Virus record (IMG/VR): IMGVR_UViG_3300010367_000012
Coordinates: 20,856 to 84,855 of that record
Origin: a virus
Length of the DNA stretch: 64,000 bases
Direction: 5' to 3' (one strand)
The stretch's first letter is position 1, and every line of letters starts with the position of its first letter. Below the pieces are notes generated by a model. It searched no databases. It saw only the letters and a list, made by a program, of their open reading frames with translations, and was not told the origin of the DNA. Made by a program: the position numbers and the translations under genes. Shown here piece after piece: positions 1-8,885 of this stretch.

Positions 1-2
1 CC

Positions 3-245
3 AATCCACAGTTCAGTAGTGGTACTGCCCCAAAAGCTAATGGCGCATATCCTCAGCACACACATCCTGAAGGATCATCAACTGCGCCATTGCCTAATCT
101 GACAGCATCTCAGCCAAAGCCGAATACATTTACTACTGGCTCCAGAAATGCTAAGCCTGGTGGAATCGCAGCACGTGGATCACAACTAGAGGCTTGGGCA
201 ATTGGACGTACTCAGCAGATCAGACAGCAAAGACAGGGAGAATAG
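3..245 (+). CDS. 3' end of a gene truncated by the window edge (hypothetical)
   Basis: Open frame from position 3 (NPQFSSGTAPK...RQQRQGE) ending at TAG 243-245; not in the ORF track because the start is outside the window. Confidence 0.7.
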   Translation, partial: NPQFSSGTAPKANGAYPQHTHPEGSSTAPLPNLTASQPKPNTFTTGSRNAKPGGIAARGSQLEAWAIGRTQQIRQQRQGE

Positions 246-247
246 CC

Positions 248-1753
248 ATTAAGCTATATTTTCAGGGAGCCCATCTTCCTACTTACCGTAACCTTATTAA
301 GGAAACGGGAGTAGGAAGTAGCTCCCTGTCCTATTTGGGATTAAGAAATCGTACTAACTTCAGTAAGCCCTGGAAGGTTTCCAAGTACTTTCCAGAAGGA
401 CACGCACTATTCGTAGATTCTGGTTGTCAGACACTGAATACTGCTAAGGAACAGAAATATACAAATGAAGAATTGAGAGAAATTGCTGATCACTATTATG
501 AGTGGGTCGCTAGTAATATCAACGAAATCGAAATCTACACAGAATTTGATGCTCTACAACTCGGTAATAGCTACATTGAAGAGCGTAGGGATTCCGCTAG
601 AGAACTCCTCTTCGACAAATTCGTCCCAGTTTGGCACCCTACCGGGAATTCCCAAAGCGATGGAATGGCTGATCTCAATTCCCTGGCAGAAAGATTCGGC
701 AGGGTTGGAATTGCTCAGACTCATCTCAACGGAAGAGATCTTGTCCTTGTGCTCAATAGAATGGCATCCAGAGGTATTGAGCTTCATGGTTTAGCCATGA
801 CTAAACAAGACGTCATGCAGTCAGTCAACTGGACATCTGTTTCCTCAACCTCTTGGGTCTCTCCACAGAAGTACGGAGCTACTTTCGTCTGGTCCCACAA
901 TCAGCTAAAGAGCTATTCCAAGGATCAGAAGGAACAGGCTAGACGTAAGGAAAGATTCGTTATCGAGTCTGCTGGATTCGATGTAGATAAGATTTTAAAG
1001 GATGATCCCAAGGAACTTCTTAGACTTTCTTTGTGGTCCTGGTCACAATTCGTTGACTCAATTAACGCTAAGAAAGCAAGAGGAGTAACTACATCTATGA
1101 TTTCGCCTACTGACGACTTCTCGGAAAATGATGACGATGCAGTTGGTGGTGTTCTTGAGCCAGTACGGAACAGAGTATCAACTCCGGTAGCAAGAAATGC
1201 TGATGAAAAGAAGATAATTCCACTCATCGGATTCGAGTTCATTACACAGAAGAAGCGTAACCCTGTAACAGGACAAATGGAGGACGTAGATCTTCCTACT
1301 GTACGCAGTCGTAGTGATTCAATGCGTATTTGTGATACCTGTTTCCTTGCAGCCAAGTGCCCCATGTTTGAAGAAAACGCAACTTGCGCGTATGATATCC
1401 CCATCACAATCCGTACCAAGGAGCAGGCTCAAGCTCTGATGGATACTATGGTGGAGATGCAGGCGCAGCGAGTTCTGTTCATGAAAATGGCGGAAGATGC
1501 TGAAGGTGGACATGCTGACCCTATCCTTTCTGGTGAAATGGATCGTCTGGTTAAGATGATGAAGACTAACCACGATCTTCAGCAAGAGGGATTCTCCCTT
1601 ACTGTCACTGCTAAGCAGAACGGACAGGTAGGAATCGTAGACAAGATCTTCGGTGAAATGGGAAACACTCAAAAACTGAGAGAATTAGAAGCTCCACAAC
1701 AGGCTGATGATGTGATCAGAAGCTACGATTTTATTGATGTAGAGACCGATTAA
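248..1753 (+). CDS. TGT/DpdA-like (tRNA-guanine transglycosylase fold) protein with a C-terminal Cys4 + helical domain; probable ATT start
   Basis: LFVDSG motif, EFD, VPVWH, HGL, SVSSTSW..KYG pattern typical of phage TGT/DpdA-like barrels; C-terminal CDTC-x5-C-x8-C. The ORF track starts at TTG 194, but GGAG-N7-ATT at 248 follows the upstream stop and gives an MKLYFQG N-terminus. Confidence 0.6.
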   Translation: MKLYFQGAHLPTYRNLIKETGVGSSSLSYLGLRNRTNFSKPWKVSKYFPEGHALFVDSGCQTLNTAKEQKYTNEELREIADHYYEWVASNINEIEIYTEFDALQLGNSYIEERRDSARELLFDKFVPVWHPTGNSQSDGMADLNSLAERFGRVGIAQTHLNGRDLVLVLNRMASRGIELHGLAMTKQDVMQSVNWTSVSSTSWVSPQKYGATFVWSHNQLKSYSKDQKEQARRKERFVIESAGFDVDKILKDDPKELLRLSLWSWSQFVDSINAKKARGVTTSMISPTDDFSENDDDAVGGVLEPVRNRVSTPVARNADEKKIIPLIGFEFITQKKRNPVTGQMEDVDLPTVRSRSDSMRICDTCFLAAKCPMFEENATCAYDIPITIRTKEQAQALMDTMVEMQAQRVLFMKMAEDAEGGHADPILSGEMDRLVKMMKTNHDLQQEGFSLTVTAKQNGQVGIVDKIFGEMGNTQKLRELEAPQQADDVIRSYDFIDVETD

Positions 1754-1759
1754 TTAGAA

Positions 1760-1951
1760 ATGGACAAGAGTAACTACGTGACAGCGCAAATCGAAGAATA
1801 TGACACGGACGAATACTTTGAAGTAGAGTCCGAGTTTTTGGAAAACTATGAGTTTGAAGAGACTCAGCCGTGTCCAGCTTGTTTTGGTTCAGGATTGGAT
1901 AGAGAGCTAGATTCTGATTGTCTAAATTGTTGGGGTGATGGAGTTGTCTGA
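1760..1951 (+). CDS. small acidic protein with CxxC..CxxC (DnaJ-like Zn finger)
   Basis: CPACFGSG...CLNCWGDG; abuts the previous gene. Confidence 0.75.
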   Translation: MDKSNYVTAQIEEYDTDEYFEVESEFLENYEFEETQPCPACFGSGLDRELDSDCLNCWGDGVV

Positions 1952-2210
1952 AGAAGCTAAGATTTTTGACGATATGGTAGATGGTCTGTTAGCTGGGGAA
2001 GGTCTCGTTGCTGAGTTTGACTCAGGACTAACACTTTCTGCCTACGACATTGACCGAATTGGTATTACTCTAGATGAACCAGGGCATACTATTGATATCG
2101 TAATCACAGGAGAAGAGTTAGATTATCTCCATCTGTTCCTGGAAGCATTGCATGCTGCACGAGGTCAAGTTGAAAACGTTAATTGGGACGAATTGCTGAC
2201 CGGAAATTAA
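1935..2210 (+). CDS. hypothetical acidic protein
   Basis: 91-aa ORF overlapping the previous stop, followed by a terminator. Confidence 0.7.
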   Translation: MMELSEEAKIFDDMVDGLLAGEGLVAEFDSGLTLSAYDIDRIGITLDEPGHTIDIVITGEELDYLHLFLEALHAARGQVENVNWDELLTGN

Positions 2211-2236
2211 AAACTTAATTAGCTGAAAAACCAAAC

Positions 2237-2278
2237 AGAAATACCCCCGAAATCTAAACAGAAATCGGGGGTATTTCT
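2237..2278. terminator. bidirectional intrinsic terminator
   Basis: agaaatacccccga...tcgggggtatttct inverted repeat between convergent genes. Confidence 0.8.
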
Positions 2279-2286
2279 ATGCCTAT

Positions 2287-2523
2287 TTAATCTTCAGTCT
2301 TCCAGCGCATAACGTAGCGACCGCGCTCTGTGTCAAACCTGTCATCCCACAGATTGTATTCTTCCCACTCGTTATTCACCAAATCCAGATCTACCAGGAT
2401 GTCTGCTACTAGATCCTGCTGAATCGGTGAGAAGAAGTCGATGTACTGCTCTACTGACATCTTCTCCTTCATCTGCTTCGATGTCACGATAACTGACGCT
2501 ACATACTCAATGTCATAGCCCAT
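2287..2523 (-). CDS. hypothetical protein
   Basis: 78-aa ORF, ATG with upstream AGGAG on the minus strand. Confidence 0.75.
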   Translation of the reverse strand: MGYDIEYVASVIVTSKQMKEKMSVEQYIDFFSPIQQDLVADILVDLDLVNNEWEEYNLWDDRFDTERGRYVMRWKTED

Positions 2524-2657
2524 TATGCTATGTCTCCTATTTCCGACTTGTCCTGAATGTCCGATTCGGGTAAAAGGGCAGCTCTGGTACGAATCCGTAG
2601 GGTGACAACTGGTCTGTCACGTGACCCTTAGAGCGCAAGCGCTCCGTTCGATGTCTC

Positions 2658-2687
2658 TATCTAATCATGCGCGCCACTCCCTGTCAA
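2658..2687 (-). promoter_or_regulatory. sigma70/HrdB-like promoter (leftward)
   Basis: TTGACA-N18-TAGATA on the minus strand. Confidence 0.55.
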
Positions 2688-2820
2688 GCGCTCCGTTTCC
2701 CTTTCTTGCGAGTCTCTGAGTGCCCGTGTGGCGCGTTGTTGGGACAACCCTAGCACGTGCCCCCACCTTGCCCCTGTACGCGCGTGAGGGAGGCACACAG
2801 ACACGCTCTGACGTGCAGAG

Positions 2821-2848
2821 TTGACACCCTGCCCGATGCGCGTATGGT
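2821..2848 (+). promoter_or_regulatory. sigma70/HrdB-like promoter (rightward early)
   Basis: TTGACA-N16-TATGGT; ATG at 2856 lies 7 nt downstream (leaderless geometry). Confidence 0.55.
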
Positions 2849-2855
2849 TCTCCCC

Positions 2856-3086
2856 ATGACAACGAAACGCAGCAAGGCATTTCAGGCACCCGCACGTGAG
2901 CCGCTTAAGCCTCTCAAGGCTGGTCAACGACGTTGCCCGATGTGTTCCCGTGGCATCAAGCCTACGCCTAACGGGCTGTTCTACCCTCACAACGTCATCA
3001 AGGGCGTACCGTGCGACTCCCGTACGGTTCGGGCCGGATACGTCTACAGAGGAACGGGTGTTGACACGCTCGCACAGAGCGCGTAA
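2856..3086 (+). CDS. small basic Zn-ribbon-like protein, probably leaderless
   Basis: MTTKRSK...CPMC...H...C; no SD, ATG at the predicted transcription start. Confidence 0.6.
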   Translation: MTTKRSKAFQAPAREPLKPLKAGQRRCPMCSRGIKPTPNGLFYPHNVIKGVPCDSRTVRAGYVYRGTGVDTLAQSA

Positions 3087-3132
3087 CGTTCTCTCTGTCG
3101 CCACAACGGCGCACAGTACGGAGGTAGACAGC

Positions 3133-3390
3133 ATGGCAACGGTTCGCGTAACGTCTGAGCTTGTGGAGTCGGACGGAACGGAGCACGAAGAGTTTTACGC
3201 CGAAGCTGATAGCGTGGCTAAGGCTACCGCGCTTCTCCTTGAGAATGAGGAGAAGGTGAGCGAACAGGATTGGATGGCATGGGTTGCCTACCAGTCAGGT
3301 TTTAACTACGATGACGAAGGGTACTCCTTCACTGTCACGGACAACGGTTCTCGACAGTCGATTGTGTACCGTTACGTAGTCTCTGTGTAG
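3133..3390 (+). CDS. hypothetical early protein
   Basis: GAGG SD before ATG 3133 (MATVRVTSE...); the ORF-track start at 2896 is an over-extension. Confidence 0.75.
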   Translation: MATVRVTSELVESDGTEHEEFYAEADSVAKATALLLENEEKVSEQDWMAWVAYQSGFNYDDEGYSFTVTDNGSRQSIVYRYVVSV

Positions 3391-3467
3391 TGAGCTTGCG
3401 TCACCCTAGGACTTGTGCCTAGGATGGCGTTAGCTTCCTAAACGGGAAGCGAGAAAGGGGTAAAGCA

Positions 3468-3797
3468 ATGGAGCGGGCAAAGAGTGCTGTTCATTCTCTC
3501 CGTATGGTTGACGTTGTTACCGATCGGGGAGTACCTTTCCGAGTGACTTTCGGTAACAGGGAATACCGGGATGGGACGCATTCACCTTATGAGGTAGTGT
3601 CGTTCTATGACGCACGGTACGACTTTACCGAGCATGGACAGTTTGTGTCGGATTACAACCCTGAAACGCTTTTGGAGCGTCAGAGGGGTTACGCATTGTC
3701 GCTCAATGGCGATTATGCCGATTGGACGATTGACGGAAGTACGATGAACCTTGTACTTACGTGGCTCGTTCATCACGTGATCGCTGGGAAGTTCTAG
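3468..3797 (+). CDS. hypothetical early protein
   Basis: 109-aa ORF with GAAAGG SD. Confidence 0.75.
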   Translation: MERAKSAVHSLRMVDVVTDRGVPFRVTFGNREYRDGTHSPYEVVSFYDARYDFTEHGQFVSDYNPETLLERQRGYALSLNGDYADWTIDGSTMNLVLTWLVHHVIAGKF

Positions 3798-3890
3798 CCT
3801 CCACTATCGTCTAGGGACTTGACAGACCCTAGGCGGTAGGGTTCACTAGAACCAACAAACCGCAGTAATAACGGCTGAAAGGCTTTCATC

Positions 3891-4133
3891 ATGGCTGCTG
3901 TCTCCTTCACTCAGTCCTGTGACGTTCACTTTGCGCACTCGCACACTGAGCCTGTGAACTGTTTCGGTGAGGCTTCGGCAATGGCGCTCATGTTCATCTG
4001 TGAGTTTGCGATTGTTGACGAGATCCCCAGCATTGCGCTTGAGTGGAGCAAGAACGACGGTACCGAGACGTTTGAGATCTCCTTTGAGGATGATCTCTCG
4101 GGTGCGGAAACTGTTCTGACTTTCACTGTCTGA
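3891..4133 (+). CDS. hypothetical acidic early protein
   Basis: 80-aa ORF with GAAAGG SD. Confidence 0.75.
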   Translation: MAAVSFTQSCDVHFAHSHTEPVNCFGEASAMALMFICEFAIVDEIPSIALEWSKNDGTETFEISFEDDLSGAETVLTFTV

Positions 4134-4220
4134 GTTAGTGAGATTGCCTTTATCCTCTCTCTTATTAGAGGGGATAAGGGTTGTCTTCCTAAAACAGGGA
4201 AGCTAAAGAAAGGCCATATC

Positions 4221-4772
4221 ATGGCTATTGGTGAGACGTTCTCGCACCTTGAGCTTTCTTTCTCTGCCTATGTGGGCATTGAGGGAGTTAACCGACGCGT
4301 TATCTTCCGTGACGTTGAGTTTGACGACACGCACGATTGTGGTTCGGTCGACAACATCATCAAGGGTATGGAGCGTGCGGGGTGGGAGATTCACACTGCC
4401 CTGATTCACACTGAGAATGACTCGGCATACATCGATAACAAGGATGCCGCTACGGTTTCCGCTGTCTTTGATGCACTGTTTGAGTCTCCCGAAGAGGCTG
4501 GTAAGATCATCGCGTATGGTGAGCTTTTCGGCTGGACTGAAAGCCACTTTGAGCGTAACCGTTACGGTCGTTCTTATGAAGATGGTTTTTACGGTGTGTA
4601 TGACAATGCCGAGGAATTCGCGCAAGAGTTTGTCGAGAATGACGAAGAGACTTCGGGAATTCTCACGTCTCCTTATATCTCTGTGGATTGGGAGCAGACA
4701 GCGGATAACCTCATGAATGACTTTGCGTCGCATGAGTACGGTTATGAGCTGTACGTGTTCGCCAATCACTAA
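4221..4772 (+). CDS. ardA: ArdA-like antirestriction (DNA-mimic) protein
   Basis: Highly acidic; C-terminal YGVYDNAEEFAQEF...YISVDWEQTADNL...YVF matches the ArdA C-terminal pattern as recalled. Confidence 0.65.
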   Translation: MAIGETFSHLELSFSAYVGIEGVNRRVIFRDVEFDDTHDCGSVDNIIKGMERAGWEIHTALIHTENDSAYIDNKDAATVSAVFDALFESPEEAGKIIAYGELFGWTESHFERNRYGRSYEDGFYGVYDNAEEFAQEFVENDEETSGILTSPYISVDWEQTADNLMNDFASHEYGYELYVFANH

Positions 4773-4842
4773 CCATTCGCTTTAGTCGCTATCCCTCGCT
4801 TACATAGGAGGGATAACGGCTATGGTCAATGGAGGTGAAATA

Positions 4843-5058
4843 GTGTTTGCTAAAATCCTTACCCGTAGTGGTAACGATGATGACCCGAACCCTGTTGGTG
4901 TAGGCTTTTACTACATTGACGACGATAACGAGCGACAGAAGAAATTGCGTGTTGCTCGTTGTTATACCACCATGATTGAAAACAGCAAGTTCAAACGTCG
5001 CACCGTTTTCTATGACAGAGACGGTAAGGCTGTTTGTACTGGTTGGATGATGTGGTAA
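4843..5058 (+). CDS. hypothetical early protein
   Basis: GGAGG SD before in-frame GTG 4843; the ORF-track ATG 4822 lies inside a hairpin repeat. Confidence 0.65.
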   Translation: MFAKILTRSGNDDDPNPVGVGFYYIDDDNERQKKLRVARCYTTMIENSKFKRRTVFYDRDGKAVCTGWMMW

Positions 5059-5147
5059 TCGACAGCTTTAGTCATATCCGATAGAGATATCGGATTTGGC
5101 TATGGCTAGCGGTCGCTAGTCGTTTGTTACAGAAAGGCACAACCATA

Positions 5148-5381
5148 ATGGTTACTTACGAGCGTCAGTCTCCCTCTGAGATTCGTACGGGTGACAAGGT
5201 TACGGATGCACTCGGTAGGGTGTTCGTCGCGTACTCCGATGCTGAGTTGTCCATGGGTGACTATTGCGTTAACGGTGTCCTTATGGATGGCGGAGACGTG
5301 AAGTCATTTATCCTTGACGCTGATTCTCTCGTGACTATCTCTTATGACGAGTCCGTTTGGAACGAAGACACCTACGTCTAA
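5148..5381 (+). CDS. hypothetical early protein
   Basis: GAAAGG SD, ATG 5148 (MVTYERQSPSEIRTGDKV...). Confidence 0.7.
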   Translation: MVTYERQSPSEIRTGDKVTDALGRVFVAYSDAELSMGDYCVNGVLMDGGDVKSFILDADSLVTISYDESVWNEDTYV

Positions 5382-5400
5382 AACTGAATAGCTTTACCAC

Positions 5401-5448
5401 TTAGCCTACGGCTCTAGTTCTTCGATAGAATTAGAGCCGTAGGCTTTT
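5401..5448 (+). terminator. intrinsic terminator
   Basis: agcctacggctctagttct...agaattagagccgtaggct followed by a T-run. Confidence 0.8.
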
Positions 5449-5476
5449 TGTGTTTCTATTCAGGAGAATTCAATTC

Positions 5477-5662
5477 ATGAGTAATCAAACAGAACCAAAG
5501 TTATGGGAAAAGAAGACATTCGCTAGTGCTGCTTTCTCTGCCTTATTGGCTGCGCTTGCTGCTGTCTCTGTGTGCGCCGTACGCGGAGAGACCTTAGCTC
5601 TTCCCCCTATGACGCACGTTAGCGGCTCACAGAGTCACCTAGACAGCTCAGAAGGGAAGTAA
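5477..5662 (+). CDS. small membrane/secreted hypothetical protein
   Basis: AGGAG SD; one hydrophobic helix. Confidence 0.55.
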   Translation: MSNQTEPKLWEKKTFASAAFSALLAALAAVSVCAVRGETLALPPMTHVSGSQSHLDSSEGK

Positions 5663-5666
5663 CGCC

Positions 5667-5834
5667 ATGCCTTATGAAGTGAGAAAGGTCAAGGGTGGAT
5701 ACAAGGCAGCACACAAGGGAACGAGCAAGACCTTTAGCAAGCATCCACAGAGCAAGGAGACAGCACGCAAGCAGATTCAAGCTATCGCCATCCATACACA
5801 CGAGTTCAGCCACGGAGCACAGAGCAGCCGTTAA
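5667..5834 (+). CDS. small basic protein (55 aa, missed by the ORF track)
   Basis: MPYEVRKVKGGYKAAHKGTSKTFSKHPQSKETARKQIQAIAIH...; GAAGGGAAG SD. Confidence 0.7.
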   Translation: MPYEVRKVKGGYKAAHKGTSKTFSKHPQSKETARKQIQAIAIHTHEFSHGAQSSR

Positions 5835-5999
5835 GATACCTGTGTGCCCCTGTGACGTCCTCCCGTACGACAGTTGACCACAGAGACCCACTCCTCAAAG
5901 GATCTTGCTACAGGAGCGTACAGAGCTTCTATGTAGCACACTTTGTTTGCCCCGTGTCGGCAAGCCTGCTGAGTACATGTCAAGTCATGACACACGAAA

Positions 6000-6040
6000 A
6001 ACCCCTAGCCATTCCCGTTAAGGATTGACTAGGGGTTTTC
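6000..6040. terminator. bidirectional terminator between convergent early operons
   Basis: aaaacccctag...ctagggggtttt. Confidence 0.75.
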
Positions 6041-6045
6041 GCTAT

Positions 6046-6243
6046 TTACTGGTGAAACAGGATCTTGCCATCCTTCACACAGATATTATCTGCGCTCTTA
6101 TCCACGGTGCCGTGTGCCATTGAGACACAATCCTTTTTGAATTGCCCCGCTTCCTTATACGGAATAGCTACAAGACCCCAAAGAATTGCACTAATCATAA
6201 CTCCGATTAGCATTCCAGCAAAAGCCGCTAGTGGTTCCATCAT
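6046..6243 (-). CDS. small membrane protein
   Basis: N-terminal TM helix, 65 aa. Confidence 0.7.
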   Translation of the reverse strand: MMEPLAAFAGMLIGVMISAILWGLVAIPYKEAGQFKKDCVSMAHGTVDKSADNICVKDGKILFHQ

Positions 6244-6255
6244 TCCCCTTAGAGG

Positions 6256-6465
6256 TTACTTGCCCAGGATGCGCGAAATAACATCCTTGCCACTCAGCAA
6301 GAGCGATCCCCAACCAAGAGCGGAAGCAATAGCCAGGATCACCAGCGCGGTAACGAATGCGCCGATAGCGTGAGCGACCATCACAATAAGCAAGATCACA
6401 CCCCATACAGCCATGCCAAGAGAGGCAACAGCAAGAGCGAGCGCAACCCAATTGCGAGCGTTCAT
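6256..6465 (-). CDS. small two-TM membrane protein
   Basis: 69 aa, strongly hydrophobic. Confidence 0.7.
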   Translation of the reverse strand: MNARNWVALALAVASLGMAVWGVILLIVMVAHAIGAFVTALVILAIASALGWGSLLLSGKDVISRILGK

Positions 6466-6547
6466 TATCCGATATCCATTCTGTGAGTCGATTAGTCGGA
6501 CATAGAGACTCTGGGAATTGCTTCCCAGAATCCCTAAACCCTGCTAA

Positions 6548-7435
6548 TCAGGCAGCGTCAACCGTGTGTGCGTCTTCCTGCGCCTTTGCCACCTTAAGCC
6601 AGTAATCCCGCGCGCTCTGAGTAATAGCAGTGTGCGCCATGTCCCACGTGTTCGCGTTGACACCCTCGGGACGCTCCGGGATCTCGTTAGGCTCATCAAG
6701 CGCAAGTCCGCTCTTGACAATGCGAGACTCATAAACCATATCGCCAGTCTCAGCGTCAATGAACTGATCCAGTCCATCAATTTCCGGCAGTCGTACAGGC
6801 GTAAGAGTCTTCAGCTTTTCGGCCAAAGCCTCTACAGCGTCCGCAGTCTTGGGAGCATCCTTGCGAATGGCGTTGATGATATCGGAAACCTTCTCTTCAG
6901 AGATCAGCCGCTCACCCTTTGCAGCGTCCAGTTCCCTACGCGCTCCCTTGGGGTCGTTCTCAGGGTCAACAGGAACCGTAACGTTCGTGCCGTCCGCAGC
7001 CTGTACAGGCTCCACAGCGGGCAGAACATCAGAGGCAATGAAACCCTGTGCGCGCTCATCTGCATACGCGTTATACGCCGTACGCTCCTTGTAATCCTGC
7101 TCCTTCTGAGTGAGCTTACGCGGCTCATCCTTGACGACAGGAGTAGCGTTCGAAAGAGCCTCACGCGCAATTGCAAGCGCGTTGTCTTCCGACACATCCG
7201 GAACATCAATCCACCACTCAGCAGCCAAGCCACGGCCGGACGCGTCCACCAGCTCAAGATCAGCGAGAGCGTCAAGCGCGTTGAATGCCTCGCTAGGCGT
7301 AATGCCCATCTCAGCCGCGAAATCCTCGGTAGAAACCGCGTCATCCTGCGTCACGTCGAATGAGGCAAGAACCTTGAAAACCTCCGCAAGATCGAGCGAA
7401 CCGGTTTCCTGCGTCTTGCTCGGACGAGTAGCCAT
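6548..7435 (-). CDS. acidic protein with an N-terminal winged-HTH-like region
   Basis: STEDFAAEMGITPSEAFNALDALADLELV pattern; GAAGGA SD; upstream TTGACA promoter near 7500-7525. Confidence 0.7.
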   Translation of the reverse strand: MATRPSKTQETGSLDLAEVFKVLASFDVTQDDAVSTEDFAAEMGITPSEAFNALDALADLELVDASGRGLAAEWWIDVPDVSEDNALAIAREALSNATPVVKDEPRKLTQKEQDYKERTAYNAYADERAQGFIASDVLPAVEPVQAADGTNVTVPVDPENDPKGARRELDAAKGERLISEEKVSDIINAIRKDAPKTADAVEALAEKLKTLTPVRLPEIDGLDQFIDAETGDMVYESRIVKSGLALDEPNEIPERPEGVNANTWDMAHTAITQSARDYWLKVAKAQEDAHTVDAA

Positions 7436-7536
7436 TTTCTTGTGTCCTTCCGTCTCGGTTCCTTGTGTTAGGAACCTGATAGGACAGACGTTAGTCTCCC
7501 AACGTCCATCCTGTCAAGCCACTAGCTCAAGATCTT

Positions 7537-7965
7537 TTACAGCTCACACGGACCCTGGCACGTTTCGCAGTAGTCTTCCGCGTAGTCGTACCATGACTCT
7601 GCATCTTCCTGCCCGAACACCCCTGCATACCACGCTGTGACGCTGTAAGCGGTCTGTTCGTCCCTTTCCTCATCCTGCCACTCAGAAAGCCACAGAGCGC
7701 GTTCCTTGCGCTTGATCTCCCTACGGTGAGCCTGCCCCTTCTCCCCTTCGTCCGCGTAGTGGTGAGACAGTACGCGAGAGTTAGCGGAGACACCCGCACC
7801 GTTCTTGTACTTGCGACGGTTACGGTTAGCAGTGCCCGGAACGGGAATGCCCTTGTCTTCCGGAAGAGCATGGTAACGACGCTTAGCGATCTTGGCCAGT
7901 TCAGCCCAGAAAGCGTAATAAGCCTCGCGGTTTTCCATGAACGGGCCGGTAGGACGCTCCAACAT
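7537..7965 (-). CDS. hypothetical basic/acidic protein with C-terminal CxxC..C
   Basis: 142 aa, GAAGGAA SD; upstream TTGACA-N18-TAAGTT promoter near 8002-8031. Confidence 0.7.
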   Translation of the reverse strand: MLERPTGPFMENREAYYAFWAELAKIAKRRYHALPEDKGIPVPGTANRNRRKYKNGAGVSANSRVLSHHYADEGEKGQAHRREIKRKERALWLSEWQDEERDEQTAYSVTAWYAGVFGQEDAESWYDYAEDYCETCQGPCEL

Positions 7966-8062
7966 ACTGTGTTCCTTCCTGCTGTCTTACTGTTGAGTCC
8001 AACTTAGTGGACACAGCCACCCCCTGTCAACACCCAGGGAGCGACTGAATCAACTAGGTTGA

Positions 8063-8542
8063 TTAGTCCCAAAGGTCCGATTCGTACGCTCCCGACTCAT
8101 AGGCGTATTCATCATCGCCGTATTCGTCATAAAGCGGCTCATCATCTGCGAATTCGTCGTAAGCCTCTACAGTGCTATTCCATGCCCTTTCGAGCATTTC
8201 GTCACTGTCATAAAACATCGCACGAACTGAGCCGTCAGAATCTGAAACCAGAATCGCACGATAATCCGAGAACAGATCGAAGAAACCGAACGTCGATTGA
8301 TCCCCTACGGAATCACTTGCGTAACCCTCCATTGCGAGGCAATCGAGAATTTCCGTGTCAAGGTTTGCATACTTACCGAGACTGTTGTAATTCTCCTCAA
8401 TTACCGCAGAATGCACGTGATAACGGAATCCGTCACCTTCAGCAGTAAGCGAGAACGAATGTCCGTCAATGTCTCGCCACATGTCCGCCTTATTCTCGAT
8501 AAGCTCAAGGCAGACAGAGCAGATACCGTAATTCGCAATCAT
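8063..8542 (-). CDS. acidic hypothetical protein with N-terminal CxxC
   Basis: MIANYGICSVC...; Asp/Glu/Tyr-rich tail; start chosen at ATG 8542 after a GGAAACGGG SD. Confidence 0.65.
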   Translation of the reverse strand: MIANYGICSVCLELIENKADMWRDIDGHSFSLTAEGDGFRYHVHSAVIEENYNSLGKYANLDTEILDCLAMEGYASDSVGDQSTFGFFDLFSDYRAILVSDSDGSVRAMFYDSDEMLERAWNSTVEAYDEFADDEPLYDEYGDDEYAYESGAYESDLWD

Positions 8543-8610
8543 AATCCCGTTTCCTTCCGAGTAAGGGACCATAGCCACGCACCTATTTCTAGATGAATGA
8601 CTAAAGCCTA

Positions 8611-8811
8611 TTACACGAAGTGCCAGATAATCCAGGCAACGAGAGCAAGAGGACCGATAGTAATTGCTCCAAGACATCCGAAGCAACCACCAATAGCCAA
8701 GACCTTAGCTAGTGGTCCCTCATCCCCATAACCGTTTTCAAGTGCGCTAGCCATACGATCCCGCAAAGGCTGATCTTTGCGAGTGCTAGGAAGTCGCGCC
8801 CAATTAGGCAT
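8611..8811 (-). CDS. small membrane protein
   Basis: MPNWARL...C-terminal TM helix; AAGGA SD. Confidence 0.65.
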   Translation of the reverse strand: MPNWARLPSTRKDQPLRDRMASALENGYGDEGPLAKVLAIGGCFGCLGAITIGPLALVAWIIWHFV

Positions 8812-8885
8812 TTCCTTTTCCCTTCTAGTGTCCAGCACCACGAACCTACAGCACGTAGGCTCATGATGCAAGAGGCTAGCTAGGA

